A stretch of 64,000 bases of DNA, taken from the human T2T-CHM13v2.0 reference genome, Homo sapiens. Shown here in pieces: positions 1 through 15,000 of the stretch. The notes below the pieces were generated by a model that made no database searches, was not told where the DNA came from, and saw only the letters and a list, made by a program, of their open reading frames with translations. A program made the position numbers and the translations under genes. How positions within the stretch are numbered: position 1 is the first letter of the stretch; the number at the start of each line of letters is the position of its first letter. The DNA is taken from assembly GCF_009914755.1 (NCBI RefSeq), contig NC_060946.1; one strand, written 5' to 3'.

Positions 1-3000
1 TTGAATGGAATCGAATGGAATGAAATATATCTAATGGAACGGAATGGAATCGAATGGAATCAAAAGGAATCGAATGGATTCGAATGGGAAAAATGGAATA
101 GTGTGGTATCAAATGGAATCGCATCGAATGGAATCGAATGGCATCGAAAGGAATCAATTGGAATGTGGTGAAGTGGAGACGAGTGGATTTGAATGGAGTT
201 AAATGGAATGATGTGAAATGGAATTCAATGGAGTGGAGTGGAGTGGAGTGGAATGGAAACTAATGACATGGAATGGAAGGGAATTGAATGGAATTGAATG
301 GAATGGAATCGAATTGAATGGAATGGAATGGAATCAAATGGAATCAAAAGGAATCGAATGGAATCCATTGGACAAAATGGAATCGAAGAGAAACGAGTGG
401 AATTAAATTGAATGGAATCGAATGGCATCGAATTGAATTGAATGGAATGCAGTGAAGTGGAGTGGAGGGAAATGGAGAGGAATGGAATGGAGTGGAATGG
501 AATTGAATATAATGGAGTAGAGTGGAGTGGAGTGGAGTGGATCAGAGTGGAATGGAAATGAATGGGAAGGAATGGAATTAAACAGAACAGAGCAGACTGG
601 AGTGGAGTGAAATGGAGTCGATTGGAGTGGAATAGAGTGGAGTGGAATTGAATGGACTGAAGTGGAATGGAGTGGCTTGGAATGGAGTGGAGTGAAGTGG
701 AGTGGAATGGAATAGAATGGAATGGAATGGAATGGAATCTTACTGAATTGCATGGAATCACTTGGAATCAAATCGAATGGAATCGAATGGAATCTATAGA
801 ATGGAATGTAATCGAATATAATCGAACGGCAACAAATTGAATCGAATGGAATGCGGAGCAGTGGAGTGGATTTGGGTGGAATGCAGTGGAATGGAATGGG
901 GTGCAATGGAATTGAATGGAGTGGAGTGGAGTGGAGTGGAATGGAATGGAATGGAATGGAATAGAATGGAGTGAAGTGGAATGGAATGGAATGGAATTGC
1001 ATGGAATCGTATGGAATTGCAAGGAAACGAATCGAATTGACTGGAATCCAATGGATTCGAATGGAATTTAATGGAATGGAATGAAATGTGGTGAGGTGGA
1101 GTCGATTGGAGTGGAATGGAGTGGATAGGAATTGAATTGAGAGGAGAGTAGTGGAATGGATTAAAGAGGAATGGAGTGGAACGGAATGGAATGGAATGGA
1201 ATAGAATTGCATGGAATCGCATGGAATCACAGGGAAACGAATCGAATTGAATCAAATCAATCAAATCAAATGGAATTGAAAGGACTGGAATGGAATCGAA
1301 TGAAAAAATTCAACCAAAAGGAATCAAATGGAATTGAACACAATGGAATCGAATGGCAACGAATGGAATGGAAAGAAATGAGGTGAAGTGGAGTGGAGGG
1401 AACTGGAAAGGAGTGGAATGTAAAGGGGTGGAATGGAATTGAATGAAGTGGAGTGGAGTGGAAAGGAGTGGAGTGGAATGGAGTGGAATGGAATGGAATG
1501 GAATGGAGTGGAATGAAATGGAATGGAATGGAATGGAATCACATGGAATTGCATGGAGACAAATTCAATCGAATCGAATCAAATAGAGTCCACTGGAATC
1601 GAATGGAATCCAAAGAACAAAATGGAATCGAATAGAATAAAATCGAATGCAATCGAGTGGCATTGAATGGAAATGAACGGAAGACAATGAAGTGAAGTGG
1701 AGTGGATTGGAATGGAGGGAAAGGAATGGTGTGGAATGGAATTGAATGGATTGGAGTAGAGTGGAGTGGAATGGAGTGGAACGTAATGGCAAGAGAAAGA
1801 ATGGAATTGAATGGAATGGAGTGGGGTGGAATCTAGAGGAGTGGAGGGGAATGGAGTGGAGTGGAGCAGAGTGGAGTCGAATGGAATGGATTGAAGCAGA
1901 GTGGAGTAGAGTGGAGTAGAGTGGAATAGAATGGAGTGGAGTGGAGTGGAGTGAAATGGAATGGAGTGGAATGGAGGGGAGTAGAGTGGCATGGAGTGGA
2001 ATGGAGTGGAGTGGAATGGAGTGGAGTTGAGTGCAGTGGAGTCGAATGGAATGGAGTGGAGTGCAGTGGAGTGGAATAGAATGGAATAGAATAGAATGAG
2101 AAGGACTGGAAATGAATGTAATGGAGTGGTGTAGAGTGGAGTGGAGCTGAGTGGACTGGAGTGGAGTGGAATTGAGTGGAGAGGATTGGAATGAGTGGAA
2201 TGGAATGGAAAGAAGTGGAGAGGAATGGAGTGGCATGGAGTAGAGTGAAGTGAAGTGGACTGCAGTGGAATGGAATAGAATGGAATGGAATGGAATGGAA
2301 TGGAATGGAATGGAATGGAATCACTTGCGATTGCATGGAATCGAATCAATTGGAATCAAATAGAATCGAATGGATTGGAATCGAATTGAAAGGATTGGAA
2401 AAAATGGAATTGAATGGAATCAAATCGAATGTAATCTCATGGAATTGAATGCAATCCTATGGAATCGAATGGAAAAAATGGAATCGAATGCAATTAAACG
2501 GAATCAAATCGATTTGAATCGAATGGCATTGAATGGAATGTGGAGAAGTTGAGTAGAGTGGGGTGGAGTGCAATGGAGTGGAGTGGAATGGGATGGAATG
2601 GAATTGAATGGAGTGGAGTGGAGTGGAATGGAAACTAATGGAATCGCATGGAATCACAAGGAATCGCATGAAAGTGAATAAAATTAAATCAAATCGAATC
2701 ATATGCAATCAAATGAAATCAAATGGAATCGAACGGAAATAATTGAATACAATGGAATCAAAAGGAATCGAAGCGGATGGAATCGAATGGCTTCGAATGG
2801 AGTGGAATGGAATGCGTTGGAGTGGAATGGAGTGGAAAGAATTAGAATGGAATGGGGTGGAATGGAATCGAATGGAATGGAGTGGAGTGGAATAGAGTGG
2901 AAAGGAATGGAATGAAAATGAATGGAAATGAATGGAGTGGAGTGGAGTGGAATGCAATGGAATGGAAAGGAATAGAATGGAATGGAATGCAATGTAATTG

Positions 3001-6000
3001 AATGGAGTGTAGTGGTTTGGAGTGGAATGGACTGGAATGGAATGGAATGGCAAGGAATGCAATTGAATGGAGTGGAGTGGAGTGGGGTGGAATGCAATGG
3101 AATGGATTGGAATGGGGTAGAGTGGAGTGGAGTGGAGTGGGGTGGAATACAATGGAATAGATTGGAATGGGGTAGAGTGGAGTGGAGTGTAGTAGAGAGG
3201 AATGAAATGGAATGGACTGGAAGGGAATGGAATGGACTTGATTGGAATGGATGGGAATGGAATGGACTGGAATGGAAAGAACTTGAATGGAATGGAATGC
3301 AATGGAAAGCACTCAAATGGAACGGATTCGAATGGAAAGAATCAAATGGAATGGACTGGAATGGAATGGACTGAAATGGAATGGAAATGAATTGAATGGA
3401 TTGAATAGAATAGAATCGAATGGAATAGAATCAAATGACATCGAATGGCATCCAATGGGCTTGAATGGAATGCGATGATGTTGAGTGGAGTGGAAATGAG
3501 TTGAATGTAATGGAGTGGAATGGAATTGAACGGAGTAACTTGAAGTGGAGTGCAATGGATTGGAATGGATTGGAATGGGAAGGAATGGAATTGAATGGAG
3601 TAACTTGAAGTGGAGTGCAATGGATTGGAATGGATTGGAATGGGAAGGAATGGAATTGAATGAACTGGAGTGGAGAGGATTGAAATGGAGTGGAATGGAC
3701 TGGAATGGAATGGAATGGAATGGAATGGAGTGGAGTGGAATGCAGTGCTGGGGAATGGAATGGAATGGAATGGAATGGAATGGAATGGAATGGAATGGAA
3801 TGGAATGGAATGGAGAGGAGTGGAGGGTAGTGGAATGGATTGGACTGGAGTGGAGTGGAGTGGAATGTAATTCAATGGAGTAGAGTGGAGTTTAGTGGAG
3901 TGGAATAGAGTGGAGTGGAGTGGAATGGAGTGAAGTGGAAATAAATGCAGTAGAGTGGAGTGAAGAGGAGTGGATAGAATGGAGTGGAATCGAACGGATT
4001 AGATAGGGATGGAATACAATGCAGTGTAAAGGAATGGAATGGAATGGAATGGAATGGAATGGAATCGAATAGAATGGAATGGATTGGAGAGGAGTAGAGT
4101 GAAGTGGAGTGGAGTTGAGTGGCATGGAGTGAAATGTAATGGAATAGGAAGCAATGGAATTGATTGGAGAGGAGTGGAGTGGAGAGGATTTTAATGGACT
4201 GGAATGGAATGGACTGCAATGGAATGGAATGGAATGGACTCGAATGGAATGGACGTGAATGGAATTGAATTGAATCGAATGGAATACAATCAAATGAAAT
4301 GGAAAAGAATGGAATCGAATGGAATCAAATGGAATGCGGTGAAGTGGAGTGGAGTGGAGTGGAGTGAAAAGGAGTGGAATGGAATGGGGTGGAATGCAAA
4401 AGAATGGAGTGGAGTTGAGTGCAGGGAAGTGGAGGGGAATGGAGTGGAATGGAATGGAAAAAGAAGGAATGGAATTGAACTGAGTGGAGTGGAGCGGTGT
4501 GGAGTGAAATGCAATGGAATGGAATTGAATGGAGTGCAGTGGAGCGGAGTGGAATTGAATGGAATGCAATGGATTGGAATGAAGGGACTGGAATGTAATG
4601 GACACGAATGGAATGGATTTGAATGGAATTGACTGTAATGGATTGGAATAGAATATAACAGAATGGAATGGAAGGGAAGGGAATGCAATGGTATGGGATC
4701 GGAAGGAATGGAATCGAATGGAATGGAATCAAATGGAATGGGATTGAAGGGCATACAAAAGAATCGAAAGGAATCAAATGGAATCAAATGGGTACTAATG
4801 GAATGCGGTGAAGTGGAGTGTAGTGCAGTGGAATGGAATTGGATGGAATGGAATTTAATATAGTCGAGTGGACTGGAGTGGGATGGACTGAAATTGAATG
4901 GGAATGGATGGAATTGAATGGAGTTTAGTGCAGTGGAGTGGAGTGGAATACAACAGAATGGAATGGAATGAAATTGAATGGAGTGGAGTGGAGAGGAATT
5001 GAAAATTTCGGAATGGAATGGATTGCAATGGAATGGAATGGAGTGGAATAGAATGGACAGGATTGTGTTGAAATTGAGTGGAATGGAATGGAGTGAAGTG
5101 GAATGGAATGGAAAAGAGTGGAGTGGAATGGAATGGTAAATAAGGTAATGGAATGGAATGGAGTGGAGTTGAATGGAATGGAATGGAATGGAGTGGAGTT
5201 GAATGGAATGGAATGGAATCGAATGGAATGGACTCAAATGGAATTGACTGCAATGTAATGGACTCGAATGGAATGGAATAGAATGGAATGGAATCAAATG
5301 GAATGGAAACATGTGGAATTCAATTCAGTGGAATGGAATCGATTAGCTTCGAATGGAATGCGGTGAAGTGTAGAGTGGAGTGGAATGGAGTGAAATGCAA
5401 TGGGGTGGAAGGGAATTGAATGGAGTGGAGTGGAGTGGACTGGAGTGGAGTAGAGTTTAGTGGAGTGGAGTGGAATCGAAAGGATTGGAATGGAATGGAC
5501 TGGAGTGGAGTTGAGTGGAGTGGAAGTGAGTGGAGAGGAGTAGAATGGAATGAATGGCAGTGGAATGGAGTGCAGTGGAGTGGAATGGAATGGAATGGAA
5601 AAGAGTGCAGAGGAGTTGAGTGGACTGTACGGGAGTGTAGTGGAATGGAAATGAGTGGAGAGGAGAGGAATGGAGTGGAGTGGAGTTGAATGGAGTGGAG
5701 TGGAATAGCATGGAGTGGAGAGGAATGGAATGCAGTGGAGTGGAGGGTGGTGGAGTGGAGTGGAGTGGAATGGAATGGAAAGGAATTAAGTGGAGGTGAC
5801 TGGGATGGAATGGAATGGAGTACAATGGAATGGATTACTGTGGAATGGAATGGAATTGAATGGAATGGAATGAATTGTAGTGGAGTGGAGTGGAGTCAAA
5901 TAGAATAGTGTGGAATAGAATGGAAAGGAATGCAATGGAATGGAATGGAATTGAGAGGAGTGGCGTGGAGTGGAGTTGAATGCAGTGGAATGGAATGGAA

Positions 6001-9000
6001 TGGAATGGAATGGAATGGAATGGACATAAATGGAATGGATTCCAATGGAGTCGAATTGAAAGGAATGGAATAGAATAGAATGGAATCGAATGAAATGGAA
6101 TTGAATGGCGTCAAATGGAATCGAAAGGAAAGCGGTGAAGTGTAGTGGAGTGGAGTGAAATGGAGTGGAATAGAATGTGGTGCAATGGAATTGAATGGAG
6201 TGGAGTGGAGTGGAATGGATTGAATGTAATGCAATGGGAAGGAATAGAATTGATCGGAGTGTAGTGGAGCGGAGTAGAGTGGAATGGAATGCAATGGAAT
6301 GCAATGGAATGGAATGGAATGGAACGGAATGGAATGGAATGGAAGGGAATGGTATGGAGTGGAGTCGAATGGAATGGAATTGAATGGAATGGAATGGAAT
6401 GGAGAAGAATGGAACGCAGTGGAGTGGAGTGGAATGGAATGGACTCGAATGAAATGGACTGGAATGGAATGGAACCGAATGGAATGGACTCAGATGTAAT
6501 GGACTCGAACAGAATGAAATCAAATAGAATTTAATCGAATGGAATGGAATCAAATGGAATGGAATCTAAAGGAATCGAATCTAATGAAATGGAATGCGTT
6601 GAAGTGTAGTGCATTGGAGTGGAATGGAATGAGGTGGAACGGATTTGAATGGAATGTAGTGGACTGGAGTGGAATGTTGTGGAATGGAATGGAGTGGGAA
6701 GGAATGGAACTGAACGGTGTGTAGTGGAGTGGAGCGGAGTTGAGTGGAATGCAATGAAATGGAATGGAGTGGATTGGAGCGCAATTGTGCGGAATGCAGT
6801 GGAGTTGAGTGGAATCAATAGGAATGCAATGGAGTGGATTGTAGTGGAAAGGAGTGGACTGGAATGGAAGGCAATGGAAAGGATTGGGAACGAATGGAAT
6901 TGAACAGCGTTTAGTGGACTGGACTAGAGTGGAATGCAATGAAGGGAAAGGAGACAAGTGGAATGGAATTGAATGGAATGGAATGGAATCGAATGGAATG
7001 GACTGGATTGGAATGGACTGGATTGGAATGTAGATGAACGGAAGAGAATCGAATGGAATGGACTCCAATGAAATGGAATCGAACGGAATGGAACCGAGTG
7101 GAATGGAATCGAATGGAATGGACTCAAATGGAATGGAATCGAATGGAATGGAAATGAGTGGAATGGACACCAAAGGAATGGACTCGAACGGTATGGAATT
7201 GAATGGAATGGAATCGAAAGGAGTGGAATGGAATGGAATGCAATGGAAAGTAATGGAATGGAATAGAATGGAATGGAACGGAATGGAATGGAATGGAATG
7301 GAATAGAATGGAATGGAATCGAACTGATTAGAATGGAATAAAATGGAATGGAATTGAATTGAATGGAGTCGAATCGAATGGCATTGAATCGAATCAAATG
7401 GAATGCGGTGAAGTGGAGTGCAATGGAGTGGAAAGGAATGGGAAAGTATGGAATAGAATGGAACGGAGTGGGGAGGAGTGGAGAGGAATGCAACGGAAAG
7501 GAATGGGAAGGAATGGAATTGAAAGGAGTGGAGTGAGGTGGAGTGGAGTTGAGTGCAATGGAATGGAATGGAATGCAGTGGAGTGGAATGTAGTGGAGTG
7601 GAGTAGTGTGTAGTGGAGTGGAGCAGAGTGTAATGGAGTGGAATGTAGTGGAACGCAGTGTAGTGGAGTTTAGTGGAGTAGAGTGGAATCGAGTGTACTG
7701 GAATGGAGTGGAATGGAATGGACTAGAAAGAAATGAAATGGAATAGAATGGACTGTAATGGAATGGACGCCAATGAATTGGACAAGAAAAGAATGTATTC
7801 GAAAAGAATGGAATGGAATGAATTGGACTCAAATGGGATGGACTCGAATGGAATGGACTCGAAAGGAATGGAATGGAAAGGAATGGAATGGAATGGAATG
7901 GAAAGGAATGGAATGGAATGGAATAGAATGGAATGGAGTGGAATGGAAAGGAATGGAATGGAATGGAATGAAATGGAATGGAGTGTGATGGAGTGAATTG
8001 GATTGGAATGGAGTTGAATGGAATGGAGTGGAGTGGAATGGATGGGAATGGAGTGTACTGAAGTGGATTCACTTGAGTGGAATGGAAAGTAATGGAATGG
8101 AATGGAATGGAATGGAAAGGAATGGAATGGAATGGAATGGAAAGGAATGGAATGGAATGGAATGGAATGGAATGGACCCTAATGGAATAGACCGGAATGG
8201 AATGGAGTCGAATCGAATGCACTCAAATGTACTGGAATCAAACTGAATGCAGTCGAATGGAAAGGAATCGAATGGAATGGAATTGAATGGAATGGAATCG
8301 AAAGGCATCAAAAGCAATCGAATGGAATGCAGTGAAGGGGAGTGGATTGCAGTGGAATGGAGTGGAATGGAATGGGATGGAATGGAATTGAATGGATAAA
8401 AGTGCAGTGGAACGGAATGGAATGGAAGCAATGGAATTGAATGGAGTGAAGTGGAGTGGAGTGAAGTGGGGTGGAATGGAATGGAATGGAATGGAATGGA
8501 GTGGAGTGGAGCGGAGTGGAATGCAAATGAATGGAATGGAATGGTGTGGAGTGGAGCAGAGTGGAATGCAAATGAATGGAATGGAATGGAGTGATGTAGA
8601 GTGGAGTCCATTGGAATGAAGTGGAGTGGAAAGGAATGGACTGGAATGGAATGGAATGCATTTGAGTGGAGTGGAATGGCATGGCATGGAGTGGAATGGA
8701 ATGGAATGGAGTGCAGTGGAGTGTAGTGGATTGGAGTGGAGTGAAGTGGAGTGGAGGGTAGTGGAATGGAATCGAATGGAATGGAATAAAACGGAGTGCA
8801 GTGAAGTGGAATGGAATGGAGAAGAATTAAACGGAATGGACAGGAATGGAATGGACTCGAATGGAATGGAATCGTATGTAATGGAATGGAATGGAAGGGA
8901 CAGGAATGGAATGGAATGGACTGGAAGGGAAAGGAGTCGACTCGAATGGAATGGAAAGGAATTGACTAGAATGCAATGGACTCAAATGGAATGGACTCTA

Positions 9001-12000
9001 ATGGAATGGACTCTAATGGAATACAATTGAATGGAATGAACTAGAAAGGAATGGAATCAAGTAGAATGGAATCGAATCGAATAGAATCAAATGGAATGGA
9101 ATCGAATTACATCAAATGGATTCGAATTTAATGCATTGAAGTAGAGTGGACTGGAAAGGAATGGAGTGGAATAGAATGGGGGGAATGTAATTGAATGGAG
9201 TGGAGGGGAGTGGAGTGGAATGGATTAGGAATGAAATGGAATGGGAAGAAAATGAATTGCACGGAGTTGAGTGGAGTGGAGAGGAATGGAGTGGAGTGGA
9301 ATTGAACGGAATGGAAAGAAATGGAAAGCAATGGAGTTGAGTCGAGTGGAGTGGTTTGGAATGGAATGGAGGGGAGTTGAATGGAATGCAGTGGAGTGAA
9401 GTGGAGTGGAGGGCAGTGGAATGGAATGGAATGGTATGGAATAAAATTGAGTGCAGTGGAGTGGACTTAAATGTGGTGAAGTGGAGTGGAACGGAGTGGA
9501 ATGCAATGCGGTGGAAGGGAATTGAATGTAGTGAAATGGAGTGGACTGGAATGGAGTGGAATGGAAAGCAATGGGTAGTAATGGAATTGAACGGAGTGGA
9601 GAGGAGTGCAGTTTAGTGGAATGGAATGTAATGGACAGGAATGGAAAGGAATCAAATGGAAAGGAAATGAATGGAATGGAATGGAATGGTATGGTATGGA
9701 ATGGAGTGAAATGGTGTGGAATGGAGTTGAATGGAATGGACTTGAATGGAATGGACTGGAATGAAATGGAATCGAAAGAAATGGAATCAAATGAAATGTA
9801 ATCGAAGGAAATTGATTCAAATGGAGGTACATCAAACGGAATGAAACCAAATGGAATGGACTGGAATGGCATGAACTGGAAAGGAATGGGCTCAATTGGA
9901 ATGTACTTGAATGGAATAAATCGAATGGCATGGAATCGAAAGGAATGGAATGGAATGGAATGGAATTGAATGGAATCGAACGGAATGGAATCGAATGGAA
10001 TGGAATTGAATGACATCGAATGGAATCCAATGTTATGTGGTGAAGTGGACTGTAGTGGAATGGAGAGGAAGGAAGGGGGTTGAATTGAATTGAATGCAGT
10101 GGAGGGGAGTGGACTGCAATGGAGGGGAATGGAATGGAATGGGGAGGTATGGAATTGAATGGAATGGGAAGGAACGGAATTGAATGGAGTGGAGTGGAGT
10201 CGAATGGAATGGAATGGACTGTAGAGGAGTGGATTTGAGTGGATTGGAATGCAATGGAATGGAATGGAGTGGAATGGAATGGAGTGCAGTGGAGTGGAGT
10301 GGAATGGAATTGTGTGGAGTGGAGTGGAGTGGATTGGAGTGGAATGGAGTGGAATGGAATGGATTGGAGTGGATTGAAGTGTACTGGAATGGAATAGAGT
10401 GGAGTGGAGTGGAGTGGAATGAAATGGAATGGAATGGAAAGGAATGAATTGCAATGGAATGGACTCAAATGGAATGGACTGGAATCAAATGTACTCCAAT
10501 GGAAGGGAGTCGAATGGATTGTACTCGAATGGAATGGATTCGAATGGAAAGGAATCACATGGAATTTAATTGAAGGGAATATAATTGAATGGAACGGAAT
10601 GTGTGGATATGGAGCAGAGGGGAATGTATTGGAAGGGAATGGGGTGGAATGGAATTGAATGCAGTAGAGAGCAGAGTCTTGGAATGGAATGGAATGGGAA
10701 GGAATGGAATTGAACAGAGGTGAGTGTGGTGGAGTGGAGAAGAATGCAATGGAATGGAGTGGAGTGGAGTGGTGCAGAGTGGAATGCAATGGAGTGGAGT
10801 GGAGTGGTAGGGAGCGGATAGGAGTGGAATGGAATGGAGTGGAAAGGAGTGGAGTGGAGTGGAACGTAATGGAATGGAATGGAATGGAATGGAGTGGAGT
10901 GGAATGCAGTGGAGTGGATTCGAATGGAATGAAATGGAATGGAATGGGAAGGAATGGAATTGAACAAAGGGGAGTGGAGTAGAGTGCAGGGAAATGCAAT
11001 GGAATGTAATGGAATGGAGTAGTGTGTAGTGGAGTGGAACCGAATGCAATGGAATGGTATGAAGTGGAAGGGAGTGGAATGGAAAGTAATTCAATGGAAT
11101 GGAATTGAATGGAATTGAAAGGAATGGAATGGAACTGAGTGGAATGCAGTCGAATGGACTGGAATGGAATGGACACGAATAGAATGGAATGGAATGGAAT
11201 GGAATGGAATGGAGTGGATTCGAATGGAATGGAATGGAATGGAATGAACTCAACTGGAATGGAATCAAATGGAATGGAATCGAAATGGATGGAATCATAT
11301 GGAATGGAATGGAATGGAAAGGCAAGGAATGGAATGGAATGGAATAGAATGGAATGGACTCGAATGGAATGGAATCGAATGGAATGGATTCGAATGGAAT
11401 GAAATCAAATGGAATGGGCTAGAATGGAATGAATTGGAAAGGAAATGACTCCAATGGAATGTACTCGAATGGAATAAATCGAATGGCATAGAATCGCGGA
11501 TTAGAATCAAATGAAATGGAATTGAATGGGATGGAATCGAACGGAATGCAGTCGAATGGAATGGCATCGAATGACTTCGAATGGAATCCAATGGAACGCG
11601 GTGAAGTGGAGTGGAGTGGAAAGGAGTTAAACTGAATGGGGTGGAATGGAATTGAATGCAGTGGAGTGGAGTGGAATGGAGGGAATGGAAGGGAATGGGA
11701 ATGAATGAAACTGAACGTAGTGGAGTGGAGTGGAGTGGAGTAGAATGCCATGGAATGGAATAGAACTAACTGGAGTGGAGTGGATTGGAGTGGGGTGGAA
11801 TGCAATGGAATGGAATGTAGAGGAATGGAATGGAGTGCAGTTGAGTGGAGTGGAATAAAATTGAGTGGATTGGAGTGGAGTGGAATGGAGTGGATTGGAG
11901 TGGAATGGAGTAGAATGGAAAGGAGTGGACTGGAGTGGAATGGAATGGAGTGGATTGGAGTGGATTGGAGTAGAATGGAGTGGAATGAAATAGAATGGAA

Positions 12001-15000
12001 TGGAATGGAAAGGAATGCAGTGGAATGGAATGGACTCAAATGGAATGAACTGGAATATAATTGATGGGAAAAGAAAGTAATCTAATGGAAATGACTCAAA
12101 TGGATTGTACTCGAATGGAATGGAATCAAGTGGAATGGAATCGAATGGAATTTAACTGAAGGGAATGTATTCGAATGGAACAGAAAGTGGTGATGTGGAG
12201 TGGAGTGGAGGGGAATGGATTGGAAGGGAATGGGTGGAATGGAATTGAATGGAGTGGAGAGAACTGTCCTGGAATGGAGTGGAAAGGAATGGAAGGGGAA
12301 GGAATGGAATTGAATGGAGGGGAGTGGAGTGGAGTGGAATGCAATGGAATGTAATGGAATGAAGTGGAGTGGAGTGGAATGGAATGCAATGGAGTGGAGT
12401 GGAGTGGATTGGAGTGGAACGGAATGCAATGGAATGGAATGAAGTGGAATGCAATGGAGTGGATTGGAGTGGGGTGCAGTGGAATGGAATCAAATGGAAT
12501 GGAATGGGAAATTACGTAATTGAACAAAGGGGAGTGGAGTGGAGTGCAATGGAATGCAAAGGAATGTAATGTAATGTAATGTAATGGAGTAGGGTGGAGT
12601 GGAGTGAATGGAATGCAATGGAATGGAATGAAGTGGAGTGGAGTGGATTCGAATGTAGTCGAGTAGAATAGAGTGGAGTGGTGTGGAATGGAGTGGAGTG
12701 GAGTGGAATGGAGTGAAGTGGAATTGTGTGGAATGGATTTTATTGCAGTGGATTGGATTGGAGTGGAATGGAGTGGTGTGGAGTGGATTGGAATGGAATG
12801 GAGTGGAATAGAGTGGACTCTAATGGAGTGCAAGGGAGTGGAATGGAATGGAATGGAGTGGAATGGAATGGACTGGAATGGAAAAGACTGGAATGGAATG
12901 GCGTGAAATGGAATGGACTTGAATGGAATGGAATCGAATGCAATGGAATAGAATGGAGTGTAACCAAATGGAATGGAATCGAATGGAATGGAGTCGAATG
13001 GCATCAAATGGATTCCAATGGAATGCACTCAAGTGGAGTGGAGTAGTGTGAAATTGACTGGAATGGAATGGGGTGGAATGGAATTGAAAGGAGTGGAGAG
13101 GAGGGGAGTGGAATGGAGTGGAGTGGAATGGAATGGGAAAGAATGGAATTGAACAGAGCAGAGTGGGTTGGAGTGGAGTAGAATGCAATGGATTGGAATG
13201 GGAAAGAATGGAATTGAACGGAGAAGAGTGGCATTTCGAGTGGTGTGGTTTGCAATGGAATGGAGTGGAGTGGAGTGTTGTGGAGTGGAGTGGAACGGAG
13301 TAGAATGGAGCGGAGTGGAGTTGAGCGGAATGGAGTGGATTGGAGTGGAGTGGAATGGAGTGGAATCAAGTTGACTGGAATGGAGTGGAATGAAATGGAC
13401 TTGGGTCGAATCAACTGGAATGCAATGTACTGGAAAGGCACGAATTCCAATGGATTGGAAACGAACCGAATGGACTCAAATGGAATGGAGAAGAACGGAA
13501 TGGACTTGAATGGGATGGACTCAAATGGAATAGAATCGAATGGAATGGAATCGACTGGAATGGAATCAAATGGAAAGAAGTACAATGGAATGTAACCAAA
13601 TAGAACCGAAAGGAATCGAATGGAATACAGTGAGGGTAGTGAAGTGGACTGGATTGGATTGGAATGGAATGGGGTGGAATGGAATTGAATGGAGTGTGGT
13701 GGAGTGGAGTGGAATGGAGTGCAACAGAATGGAATGAGAAGGAATGGAATTGAACGGAGTGCCATGGAATGTAATGGAGTGGAGTGGAATGCAATGGAAT
13801 GGAATGAAAAAGAATGGAATGGAATGAAAAAAATGGAATGGAATGGAATGGAATGGAATAAATGGAATGAAATCAAATGGGTTGGAATCAAATGGAATGG
13901 AATTGAATTTAATCGAACAGAATAAAATGAAATGTGGTGAAGTGGAGTGGAGTGGAATGCATTGGAATGGAATAGAATGGACAGGAGTGGACTGAAGTGG
14001 ACCTGACTGGAGTGAAATGGAATGGAGTGGAGTGGAGTGGAATTGAATGGAATGGGCTCGAATGGAATGGAATCAAATGGAATGGAGTCTTATAGAATGG
14101 AATCGATTGGAATGGAATCGAATGAAATGGTATTGAATGGCATCGAATGAAATTGAATGGAATGCGTTGAAGTTGAGTGGAGTGGAGTGGAGTGGAATGG
14201 AATGGGGTGGAATGGAAGTGAATGGAGTGGAGTTGATTGCAGTGGAATGGAGTGGAACGGAATGCAATGGGATGGAATGGAATTGAACATAGTGGAGTGA
14301 AGTGGACTGGAGTGGAAAAGAGTGGAGTGGAGTGGAATGGAATGGAGTGGAGTGAAGTGGATTCGAGTGGAGTGGATAGGAGTGGAGTGGAATGGATTGG
14401 AATGCAATGGAGTGGAATGTAGTGGAGTGGAGTGAAGTGCAATGGATTGGAGACGAGTGGAGTTTAGTGGAATGGAAGGGAGTGCAGTGTAATGGAGTTG
14501 AGTGGAGTGGAGAGGAGTGGTGTGGAATGGAGTGGAATCGAGTGAAATGGAATAAATGGAATGGAATTGAATGTATTGTAATCAAACGGAATGGAATTGA
14601 ATTTCATCGAATGGAATCAAATGGAATGTGGTGAAGTGGAGTGGAGAGGAATGCAGTGGAATGGAATGGAATGGAAAGGAGTGGAGTGGAGTGGAGTGGA
14701 ATTGAATGGAATGGTCTCGAATGGAATGGAATCGAATGGAATGGAGCCTAATAGAATGGAATCGATTGGAATGAAATCAAAGTCAATGGTATTGAACAGC
14801 ATCGAATGCAATTGAATGGAATGGGATGGAGTGCAGTGGAATGGAGTAGAGTGGAGTGGAGAGGAGTAGAGTGGAATGGAGTGGAATGGAATGGAGTGCA
14901 GTGGAGTGAAATGGAATGGAATGGCATGGAAAAAAATGGAGTGGACTGGAGTGGAGTGGAATTGAATGGAATGGACTCTAATGGAATGGAATGGAATAGA

